NCBI GenBank assembly: GCA_016210565.1
Contig: JACQUA010000037.1
Location: 1-32,000 of the forward strand
Direction of reading: 5' to 3'
Source of the DNA: Chloroflexota bacterium
Lineage (GTDB): Bacteria > Chloroflexota > Dehalococcoidia > JACQUA01
Length of the DNA stretch: 32,000 nt
Shown here: positions 23,767 through 31,520 of the stretch, one piece after another
Layout of the letters: each line of letters starts with the position of its first letter
Numbering within the stretch: the first letter of the stretch is position 1
Made by a program: the position numbers and the translations under genes
The notes under the pieces: model-generated
Seen by the model: the letters and a program-made list of their open reading frames with translations, nothing else
What the model was told of the DNA's origin: nothing
Databases searched by the model: none

Positions 23767-24066
23767 GCTGTGGAGAAGTTAATGCAGACGCACTACATTG
23801 ACCCGGATTACGCATCAGGCCGGCGGGGTTGTAGCCGCAGGTCTTTAGCCTGCGGGGGTGGGGAAAAGTGAAGCCCACGAATAGTTCATGTATAGAATAT
23901 TGTGTCATCTCATCGTCTCTGTGTTCTCGGGTGTCTCTGTGGTGAAAGCTCACGCTTTTCGTTGGCACACCGCACGTTGCTCGGGCGTGACTCGCTCATC
24001 TTCATCCTTGAATATTGCCGCTGATAGCCGAAAGCTGATAGCTGTTAACTTTTCGATGGAGGAAAC

Positions 24067-25683
24067 ATGGCTTACTACAAAGACCTCAGGGAACACATCA
24101 AGGCATTGGAGGCGGCGGGGAAGCTGGTCCGGATAAAGAGACCGATCATCAAGGAAACTGAACTTCATCCCCTGGTCCGGTGGCAGTTCCGGGGATTGCC
24201 GGAAGAGGAAAGGAAGGCCTTCCTGTTCGAAAACGTCGTCGACGTCAAGGGGAAGAAATATGACATGCCGGTGCTGGTGGCCTCGCATGCCGCCTCTCGC
24301 CAGGTTTACGCCATCGGGATGATGTGCAAGCCGGAAGAGATCATGGACCGGTGGTCCAACGCCGAGCTTCACCAGGTGGACCCGGTCACGGTATGCACGG
24401 GGCCGGTCTGCGAAGAAATATTCAAAGGAGACAGGCTGATGGAGCGCGGGTGTCTGGAGGAGTTTCCCATACCTATCTCCACACCAGGCATGGACAACGC
24501 GCCCTACCTGACGGCGGCCAACTGGGTAACGAAAGACCCCGAGACCGGCATCCCCAATGTCGGCAACTACCGCGCCATGTTGAAAAGCCCGACGCGCCTG
24601 GGCATCTGCTCCCTGGCCACGCAGCATCTCAGGGAACACTGGGACCGCTGCCGGGCGAAGGGGATTCCTTTGCAGGCGGCTATTGTCATGGGTGCTTCCC
24701 CCGCGGTAGGATACGTGGCCACGGCCAAGTTGCCCTACGGGACAAACGAGTTCAGAGTGGCCGGAGGGATTGCCGGAGCGCCACTGGAGATGGTCAAGTG
24801 CCAGACGGTCGACCTGGAAGTTCCCGCCACTTCTGAAATCGTCATCGAGGGAATAATGCCCACCGACTTCCAGGAGCGGGAAGCGCCGTTCGGCGAATAC
24901 ACAGGTTACATGGGCATGGAAGCGATCAACCCGGTATTGAATGTGACCTGCGTCATGCACCGGAAGAACCCCATTTACAACGCTTTCCTCAGCCAGTTCC
25001 CGCCCAGCGAAAGCAGCAAGCTGCGCCAGATTGGCACTGAGGCCGTCTTCTACAAGTTCTTGAAGCATGACTGCAACATTCCCGGCATCCTCGGCGTGTC
25101 CATCCATGAAAGCAGCGGCGCCGCCGAGTACATTGTCATCAGCATGAAGAAGACCCATCCCTCCCAGGCCTGGCAGGCTCTGAACGGCGCCGCGGCGTTC
25201 ATACCGAACGTTGGTAAGATCATCATTGTCGTGGATGAAGACATCGACCCGGCGGACCCGGACTCGGTGAACTGGGCGCTGAGCTTCCGCATGCAACCCC
25301 ACCGCGATTTGAGGGTCAGTCATGGCAAGGTTTCGGGGCTGGACCCGTCCTCCGCTCCCATGACCGATCCCAACCGTCGCTATCCGGGCGTCCAGGGGGC
25401 GTCGGTCCTTTTGCTCGACGCGACGCGAAAATGGCCCTATCCGCCGACTTCGCTTCCCAAGAAAGAGTTCATGGAACACGCCCGGAAGATCTGGGAGGAG
25501 GAGGGTCTGCCGAAGCTCACCCCAAAGAAGCCCTGGTTTGGCTATAATCTCGGCTTCTGGAGCACGGAGTATGACGAGGAAGCGCAGCTAGCACTAAAGG
25601 GAGAGTATTTCAAAACAGGGGAAAAGCTGGCCAAACGCCGGATAACGGGGGAGGCAGCCAAGAGCATGGGCGAGGGAGGATAG
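24067..25683 (+). CDS. UbiD-family decarboxylase/carboxylase, canonical type, paralog 4
   Basis: 538 aa with SD GGAGG. Canonical motifs NVGNYR, QH, NEFRVAGG, SEIVIEG and EREAPFGEYTGYMG (the E-x-P-F-G-E-x-T-G-Y signature). Confidence 0.92.
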   Translation: MAYYKDLREHIKALEAAGKLVRIKRPIIKETELHPLVRWQFRGLPEEERKAFLFENVVDVKGKKYDMPVLVASHAASRQVYAIGMMCKPEEIMDRWSNAELHQVDPVTVCTGPVCEEIFKGDRLMERGCLEEFPIPISTPGMDNAPYLTAANWVTKDPETGIPNVGNYRAMLKSPTRLGICSLATQHLREHWDRCRAKGIPLQAAIVMGASPAVGYVATAKLPYGTNEFRVAGGIAGAPLEMVKCQTVDLEVPATSEIVIEGIMPTDFQEREAPFGEYTGYMGMEAINPVLNVTCVMHRKNPIYNAFLSQFPPSESSKLRQIGTEAVFYKFLKHDCNIPGILGVSIHESSGAAEYIVISMKKTHPSQAWQALNGAAAFIPNVGKIIIVVDEDIDPADPDSVNWALSFRMQPHRDLRVSHGKVSGLDPSSAPMTDPNRRYPGVQGASVLLLDATRKWPYPPTSLPKKEFMEHARKIWEEEGLPKLTPKKPWFGYNLGFWSTEYDEEAQLALKGEYFKTGEKLAKRRITGEAAKSMGEGG

Positions 25684-26144
25684 GAAGGGGGGGATGCGGG
25701 GGTGCCGGAAAGCGCTGAAATTATTTCCGCGACCAGATCAGTTTGAACAGCGCCTTATTATCCCGTCCTCTCCTCCTGGCATCTCGGGTCCCCCGTCGTT
25801 GAGACGAAGCCCGACGCCGGTCTACTCCCCCGCACACAACGAATATACTACGGAATGTGTTAAAAAGTCATAACAAACACCGCCCGAAATATCAAAACAT
25901 TATGACATTTAGCAAGCCGAATCGCCGTATTTGAGCCACGAATAAACGAGAATGAACACGAAAACGGTTTATCGGGGACACTCGAGTGAAAGTGCGCCGG
26001 CTTGAACGGTGACGACAGATAGGGCTCTGTTTTCCTCGAAAAAGGCTTTCTGGAGCGTATTCGCGGGAAATCGTGTTTATTTGTGGTTCCGTTTCCCTGG
26101 CGCTTGCCGCAGCGGCTCCTGACGGCACTTGGTACGGTAATTAG

Positions 26145-26720
26145 TTGACAGATGCTAAGAACAGCTCTGAGAGACCCGAGGCCGCCGCGGTAGACAGGCT
26201 TGTGGCGGAGCTGGCAGGCGAGGACGGCTTTGCCCGGGAGAGGGCCAGACAAGCCCTCGTGGATATAGGTGAGCCTGCCCTGGACAGCCTCATCAAGGCA
26301 CTGTCGGACAAGCGGAAACAGGTGCGGTGGGAGGCGGCGAAAGCCCTGCATGACATAGGGCATCTCAGGGCTGGTCCGGCCCTGGTAAGGGCGCTTGAGG
26401 ACAGGGAATTCGATGTCCGGTGGCTGGCGGCAGAGGGCCTTATTGTGCTGGGCAGGAGTGGCGCCATTCCCTTACTGGGGGAGCTTGTTGCCAACGCCGA
26501 CCGGTCCTGGTTGAGGCAGGGCGCCCATCATGTCCTGAACCACCTGGCGGGAGGGGATGTCAACGAACACCACATAATGGCCCATCCTATCGCAGAAGAC
26601 AAGGATCTCGGCGAAATACTGAAGCCCGTTGTGGAAGCGCTGGAGGATGTTGAGCCGGCGGTCAGCGCGCCGCTGGCGGCGAAGACTGCTCTGGATGCGT
26701 TGAGAAGCACCCGCGCGTAA
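26145..26720 (+). CDS. HEAT-repeat (PBS-lyase-like) protein
   Basis: 191 aa. Has repeated approximately 31-aa units (R..A..AL..IG.P.A...L+.AL.D....VR..AA.AL). The TTG start is taken from the ORF track and is uncertain. Confidence 0.65.
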   Translation: MTDAKNSSERPEAAAVDRLVAELAGEDGFARERARQALVDIGEPALDSLIKALSDKRKQVRWEAAKALHDIGHLRAGPALVRALEDREFDVRWLAAEGLIVLGRSGAIPLLGELVANADRSWLRQGAHHVLNHLAGGDVNEHHIMAHPIAEDKDLGEILKPVVEALEDVEPAVSAPLAAKTALDALRSTRA

Positions 26721-26784
26721 ACCTGGTCTTACCCTGCTTGGACGCAGGAGAAGGCCACTGTAGCCGTTGCCAGTGGCCGTAAAC

Positions 26785-26909
26785 TGTCACCCTGAGCGAA
26801 GCGAACGGGTCTTTTGTTCCTGAAAGCACACCAGCGAAGGGACCTGTCCTGAACGGATCGAAAGGATTCTTCGACTCGCTCGCTTGCGCTCGCTTCGCTC
26901 AGAACGACA
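26785..26909. repeat. 125-bp hairpin element, family B (TGTCACCCTGAGCGAAGCGAACGGG...CGCTCGCTTCGCTCAGAACGACA)
   Basis: Terminal inverted repeats are shared with 17591-17698 and 28015-28197. Confidence 0.8.
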
Positions 26910-27099
26910 TCCTTTGCCTAAATAGGGGGCAGAGGCAGGGGGATGCTCTGCCCCCAAGAAAAGTCGCCCGGCCAGTTGCAGCCCTTCCGGCTAGTAGAGG
27001 TTAGCCATCTCAGGCAGCGGCCGGTGCGACGGACCGCACTTGTATGGGCAAGTTCTCCCCCTTTTTCAAAGGGAGAAGAGGGGGTGGCGTGATGTGCAA

Positions 27100-27726
27100 C
27101 TAGACGAAAGACTGGAACCACTCGCCGACTTTCGGCCAGTTGACGATGTTCCAGAAGGCGTCGACGAACTTCGCCCGGTCGTTCTTGTAGTCCAGATAGT
27201 AGGCGTGCTCCCAGACATCGAGCGCCATCAGGAAAGGAAATCCGGCGGGGAAGTTAACGTTGTGCTTCTCAATCTGGAGGATTCCCAGTCTCTTCGAGTC
27301 GGTGCAATAGGTCAGGGCCGCCCATCCGGAACCCTCTACGCTGGTCGCGGTCACCGTGAACTCCTTCTTGAATCGCTCAAAACCGCCGAAGTCCCGGTTA
27401 ATGGCGTCAGCAAGAAGATTGTCCGGCTTACCTCCGCCGCCCTTGCCGGCGGGGGCCATGTTCTCCCAGAAAGTGGAATGCAGCGCATTGCCCCCGAGAT
27501 GGAACGACATTTCCTTGGCGACCGCCTTGTAGTCCAGATCAACGCCCTCTTTCCGGGCCTTCTCGAGCTTTTCGATGATTCCGTTGGCCCCGTTGACGTA
27601 GGCCTGATGATGCTTGGTGTGATGGATTCTCAGTTGCTCTTCGGAGATGTACGGGGCCAGGTCGCGGTAGCCATAGGGCAGTGGAGGTAGTTCGTAGAGT
27701 TTTGGCTTTTCCAGGGTTTTTTGCAT
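27100..27726 (-). CDS. Fe/Mn-family superoxide dismutase
   Basis: From ATG 27726 (208 aa) with SD GAGGAG. Has [27 protein letters not shown] and [15 protein letters not shown] (metal ligands). The ORF-track start 27795 adds 23 unsupported residues. Confidence 0.93.
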   Translation of the reverse strand: MQKTLEKPKLYELPPLPYGYRDLAPYISEEQLRIHHTKHHQAYVNGANGIIEKLEKARKEGVDLDYKAVAKEMSFHLGGNALHSTFWENMAPAGKGGGGKPDNLLADAINRDFGGFERFKKEFTVTATSVEGSGWAALTYCTDSKRLGILQIEKHNVNFPAGFPFLMALDVWEHAYYLDYKNDRAKFVDAFWNIVNWPKVGEWFQSFV

Positions 27727-27787
27727 TAGTTCTCTCTCCTCTTCGCTGGGGGGCTGTCCTTGATTAAGTTGAACAATAAACCACGAA

Positions 27788-27845
27788 ATTAGCACGAGAT
27801 TTTCACAAGTGCATAGCCCTCATTTCACTTATTTCTCGTGCTAAT
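27788..27845. promoter_or_regulatory. 12-bp perfect inverted repeat ATTAGCACGAGA-34 nt-TCTCGTGCTAAT upstream of the SOD gene
   Basis: Arms at 27788-27799 and 27834-27845, read directly. This is 62-119 nt upstream of the SOD ATG on the minus strand. It is a candidate operator or leader hairpin. Confidence 0.4.
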
Positions 27846-28014
27846 CTGGTGAAATTCTGCGGTTACGTAAGCACTCCCCGGTCACGCTATTACTTAGCGC
27901 AGACCTCTTTTGCAGTGCAGCCTTCGATAAATGTTAACAGGGTGCAGGTAAAATTATCATAAAAAAGTAAGCAAAAACAATACAAATGTATGAAATCTTG
28001 CCACGAAAATGGGC

Positions 28015-28197
28015 TGTCACCCTGTCCCGACAGGTTGGGACTCTCGGAACAGAGCATGCTCCGTTTCGGAGAGCCGGAGCCCTGAGCAAAGCGAAGGGGC
28101 AGTCGAAGGGTCTCGCGACCGCGCCCCGCCTCGAAAGAACTCGTCCTGAGCGGAGCGAAGGATTGTTCGACTGCGCTCGCTTCGCTCAAGAATGACA
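28015..28197. repeat. 183-bp hairpin element, family B with internal insertion
   Basis: Termini TGTCACCCTG...GCTCGCTTCGCTCAAGAATGACA. The interior carries CCTGAGCAAAGCGAAGGGGCAGTCGAAGGG and CCTGAGCGGAGCGAAGGATTGTTCGAC sub-repeats. Confidence 0.75.
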
Positions 28198-28290
28198 CTT
28201 TTATCCTTGATGGTGCGCCAACGGCGCAGCGTGATTGATTCGAAGATTCCCCACCACAGGCGCGGAGACCGCGCCACCACGGATCGCTGA

Positions 28291-29592
28291 CTAGCGACTA
28301 TCGACTATTAACTCGCTTACCCTGTTGCCCAGCCGCACGCTGTAGTTGATGCCGCGGTCTTCGGGGTAAATCTGCGTGGTGTTTGCCAGGTAGAGACCGG
28401 CAATGGGTGTCTGGTGAGGAGGCAGCAGCCTGGAGTAGTTGACCGGAACAACCGGCTGGGCCGAGGGTTCACGGAAAAGGAAGCTCTGCTCCACCCAATC
28501 GTTCGTAAAGGCCGGGTTGAAGCGCGCCAGGAAGGGGGAAAACCGTTCCACGAGCTGCTTCTTATCCATTTGAAGCCAGGGACTGGAGCTGTCCAGGTAC
28601 TGGGGAAGGTAGACGATGTGCTTTCCCGCATAGTTTTCCGGGGGCATGAAATTGGTATGCTCCACCACCGCCAAGAAGGGCATCGATGGGTCGCCAACGT
28701 TTACCCAGTAGAACGGAGTCAGACGGTTCTTCAGCTTGAGCACCAGGCACTGGGCGGTCTGGTAGCTGACCGCCCGTAGCTTGTCGCGATAGTCCGGCGG
28801 CATTTCGGGTACCATTTCCGCGAAGCTATCGGAGGCTATCGTGGCGATCACCGCGTCGAAGGGCAGGCTGCCCTTGACGGTCTCGACCTCTGCCACCCGC
28901 CCGTCGCCAAGGGCAATTCGCTTTGCGGGGGTCGAAAGGGCTATCTTGCCCCCGCCTTCGTTTATCCGGCGGGCCAGACCGTCGGTGATTTGGCCGAAGC
29001 TGCCATCCAGGTAGCCCAGTACCTCATGCCGCATTCCTTCTCCCCGGGACCCAAGCCTGACATGGATCCTGCCCCAGAACCAGGCCATGGTGACCTCGCC
29101 GGCCTTTTCTCCGAACTTGCTCTGGAGGAGCGGCTCCCACACGACGCTATAGGCCCGCTTGCCGGCGTATTTCACGAGCCACTCGCGGGCGGGGATGCTT
29201 TCCAATGGTCGCCAGTTACGCTGGCGCTGCAAATACAGGGTGACCAGTCCCAGCCGCAGGCGGTCCAGGGGACTCAAAGGTGCGAAGCGGAGCAGGTCGC
29301 CGGGGGTAACGAAGGGATAGGTGCGTCCTGCGTGGTGGAAAGCAACCGTGGAAGGCAGCCATCGCAGACGTGGTCCCAGTCCCAATTCCTCGATAAGACC
29401 GATGACATCTTTGTCGCCCCGGAAGATGTGGTGGTAGAATCTTTCTAGGGGTGCGCCGTTGGCGTTGAAGGTAGCCAACTGGCCGCCGGGTTGGCTGTCC
29501 TTCTCGAAAACGGTGACCCTGACGCCTTGCCGGCATAGCCGGTAGGCCGCCGTAAGGCCGGCGATGCCACCGCCGATGATGGCCACTTCCAT
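28291..29592 (-). CDS. FAD-dependent oxidoreductase (amine oxidase / phytoene desaturase / protoporphyrinogen oxidase-like superfamily)
   Basis: 433 aa. N-terminal Rossmann motif VAIIGGGIAGLTAAYRL...VTVFEKDSQPGGQ. The start codon lies 2 nt downstream of the radical-SAM stop. Substrate unknown. Confidence 0.8.
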   Translation of the reverse strand: MEVAIIGGGIAGLTAAYRLCRQGVRVTVFEKDSQPGGQLATFNANGAPLERFYHHIFRGDKDVIGLIEELGLGPRLRWLPSTVAFHHAGRTYPFVTPGDLLRFAPLSPLDRLRLGLVTLYLQRQRNWRPLESIPAREWLVKYAGKRAYSVVWEPLLQSKFGEKAGEVTMAWFWGRIHVRLGSRGEGMRHEVLGYLDGSFGQITDGLARRINEGGGKIALSTPAKRIALGDGRVAEVETVKGSLPFDAVIATIASDSFAEMVPEMPPDYRDKLRAVSYQTAQCLVLKLKNRLTPFYWVNVGDPSMPFLAVVEHTNFMPPENYAGKHIVYLPQYLDSSSPWLQMDKKQLVERFSPFLARFNPAFTNDWVEQSFLFREPSAQPVVPVNYSRLLPPHQTPIAGLYLANTTQIYPEDRGINYSVRLGNRVSELIVDSR

Positions 29593-29594
29593 GG

Positions 29595-31076
29595 CTATCT
29601 TCTGATTTCGAACGCAGCGACCTTGCGGAAATGATAGCCGTAGATGGCGAGACAGATGAACCTGGGAAGCTTGCGGGGAGACGCCAGCAGCGTCGTAATA
29701 AGCAGGGTCCAGTAATGCCTTCTCCCCTTATCTCGTATTCCCAGGAACCACATCGATCGCAGGACCGCCTTGACGTCGTCGGTTCGCAGGATGATGCCTG
29801 TCTTTCGCTGGGGTCGGTATTCTTTCAGAAACGTTCTGACCCTCTGGTAAAACTGTCCGGGGGAGTAGATCGTCTCCAGGATGTGCCTGTAACCGTCAAG
29901 AAGTGTATCGTGATTCATCCTGGGGATGAAGTTGAGCGAGCAGTTGCCGCCGGTAAAGGAGCCGAGCACGCGGTTCTCCCGGGTCAGGCGTTGGTGCAGC
30001 CTGGTCCCGGGCGCCGCGCTCAGAAGACTGACCATGGCGGTCACGATGCCGCTCTTTTGAATCAGGTCTATCTGGCTCCTGAAGATCGAAGGCGGGTCGC
30101 TGTCAAAACCAACGATAAATCCGCCCTGTACTTCCAGGCCGCACTTTTGAATCCTCTTCACCGAGGCAACCAGGTCACGGTTGCGGTTCTGGGACTTGGC
30201 GCATTCGTCCAGGCTGCCCTCGTTGGGGGTTTCAATGCCGACAAAGACGGCATCAAAACCGGCTCTGGCCATCAACTGCATGAGCTCTTGGTCATCAGCC
30301 AGGTTGACCGATGCCTCGGTGGAGAGGATGAAGGGATGCCTCCTCCTGGCTCTCCAGTCGATTATCGCCGGCAGTATCTCGGTCTTCAGTTTGTTCTTGT
30401 TGCCGATGAAGTTGTCGTCAACCACGAACAAGTTGCCGCGCCAGCCTTTCTGATACAGCGCTTCCAGTTCGGCCACAACCTGTTCCTTGCTCTTGGTCCG
30501 CGGTCTGCGCCCGTTCAACACGGTGATGTCGCAGAACTCACAGTCGAACGGGCAGCCCCGAGAGTACTGAATGTTCATCGAGGAATACTGCTTCATGTCA
30601 ATGAGAGACCAGAGAGGCACAGGGGTGTTGCTGATCTCCGGCCATTCGTTGCAAGGATAGGCGTGGCGGGCGCATCCCTTCTTCAGGTCTTCGAGGAACA
30701 GGGGCAAGGTGACTTCAGCTTCCCCGAGCACAAGGTGGTCTACCGCGGTGAATTTTTCGTGTTCCGAAGTAAACAAGGGGCCGCCGGCGACGGTTTTCAC
30801 TCCCATCTCCCGGCAGCGGGTAATGACCTTTTCCGCCGGATCCCGCTGCACCGCCATGGCGCTGATGAAGACATAGTCGGCCCAGCGGATGTCGGCGTCC
30901 GAGAGCCTGTCCACGTTGGTGTCTACCAGCCGTTTGTCCCATTCCTGAGGAAGCATCGCGGCCACCGTCAGCAAACCCAGGGGCGGGAAAGCCGCCCTCT
31001 TCGATATGAACTTCAGGGCGTGTTTGAAGCTCCAGAAGGTATCAGGATATTGCGGATAAACGAGCAGTATTCTCAT
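29595..31076 (-). CDS. B12-binding-domain radical SAM protein (class B, DUF4070-type C-terminus)
   Basis: 493 aa. The N-terminus MRILLVYPQYPDTFWSF...PPLGLLTVAAML is typical of the B12-binding rSAM family. Radical SAM cluster motif SRGCPFDCEFCD (CxxxCxxC). Confidence 0.9.
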   Translation of the reverse strand: MRILLVYPQYPDTFWSFKHALKFISKRAAFPPLGLLTVAAMLPQEWDKRLVDTNVDRLSDADIRWADYVFISAMAVQRDPAEKVITRCREMGVKTVAGGPLFTSEHEKFTAVDHLVLGEAEVTLPLFLEDLKKGCARHAYPCNEWPEISNTPVPLWSLIDMKQYSSMNIQYSRGCPFDCEFCDITVLNGRRPRTKSKEQVVAELEALYQKGWRGNLFVVDDNFIGNKNKLKTEILPAIIDWRARRRHPFILSTEASVNLADDQELMQLMARAGFDAVFVGIETPNEGSLDECAKSQNRNRDLVASVKRIQKCGLEVQGGFIVGFDSDPPSIFRSQIDLIQKSGIVTAMVSLLSAAPGTRLHQRLTRENRVLGSFTGGNCSLNFIPRMNHDTLLDGYRHILETIYSPGQFYQRVRTFLKEYRPQRKTGIILRTDDVKAVLRSMWFLGIRDKGRRHYWTLLITTLLASPRKLPRFICLAIYGYHFRKVAAFEIRR

Positions 31077-31084
31077 AGACCACC

Positions 31085-31090
31085 ATTATA
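31085..31090 (-). promoter_or_regulatory. Perfect TATAAT hexamer 8 nt upstream of the radical-SAM ATG (possible leaderless or very short-leader transcript)
   Basis: The minus strand reads CGTATAATGGTGGTCTATG. There is no convincing -35. Pattern match only. Confidence 0.2.
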
Positions 31091-31329
31091 CGATAATTCA
31101 CCGTCTCCATGCCGATGCTGAAATGACGAATGACCAAACGAATGACGAATGGCGAATCAATCAACCATGCGCCTAGGGCCACGCCATGAACGATGAAAAC
31201 GGACTGTCTTTGCGAGTCCCGATCAAGATCGGGACGACGAAGTAATCCCCTCCGCTGAGCGAGAGTCCGCTTCGCTGCGCGAGAGTCCCGACAGGTCAGG
31301 ACAAGGCGGACCAGTTGTCTGAACAGACC

Positions 31330-31487
31330 GGGAGATTGCCGCGCTTCGCTCGCAATGACATGTTCGGGCCGGGAGATTGCCGCGCTTCGCTCGCAATGAC
31401 ATGTTCGGGCCGGGAGATTGCCGCGCTTTGCTCGCAATGACATGTTCGGGCCGTGGGATTGCCGCGCTTCGCTCGCAATGACATTTC
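31330..31487. repeat. Tandem array of 3 full and 1 partial 41-bp units (GGGAGATTGCCGCGCTTCGCTCGCAATGACATGTTCGGGCC)
   Basis: Units at 31330-31370, 31371-31411, 31412-31452 and a partial unit at 31453-~31487. They are head-to-tail without spacers, with 1-3 substitutions. The core is the reverse complement of the family C motif TGTCATTGCGAGCGAAGCGCGGCAATC. Confidence 0.9.
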
Positions 31488-31520
31488 ACTATTCGTCATT
31501 GTGGTTCAGGCCCCGTGGAG

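Noticed and set aside
22219-25479. Very long antisense ORFs: 22219..23586 (-, 455 aa) and 23950..25479 (-, 509 aa). Similar cases: 14462..15601 (-), 20863..21741 (-), 2447..3472 (-), 892..1716 (-), 29631..31121 (+), 27040..27690 (+).
   Set aside because: Each lies opposite a gene with unambiguous family motifs. Their translations are Arg/Pro/Gly-rich with no recognisable domains, which is typical of shadow ORFs in GC-rich DNA.
25860-26363. 167-aa minus-strand ORF in the spacer between UbiD-4 and the HEAT-repeat gene
   Set aside because: No recognisable motif. It overlaps the HEAT gene start. The region contains an inverted pair of the CCACGAATAAACGAGA / TCGTGTTTATTTGTGG repeat type, and the ORF is best explained as a chance ORF across repeats.
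27100-27726. SOD gene as evidence against an anaerobic aromatic-carboxylation role for the cluster
   Set aside because: Fe/Mn SODs are common in aerotolerant anaerobes, so the gene carries no weight for or against the hypothesis.
31330-31487. Possible CRISPR array (regular repeats of about 41 bp)
   Set aside because: The units are directly head-to-tail with no unique spacers. The unit belongs to a REP-like family found as single copies elsewhere (e.g. 20250-20338). There are no cas genes in the window.
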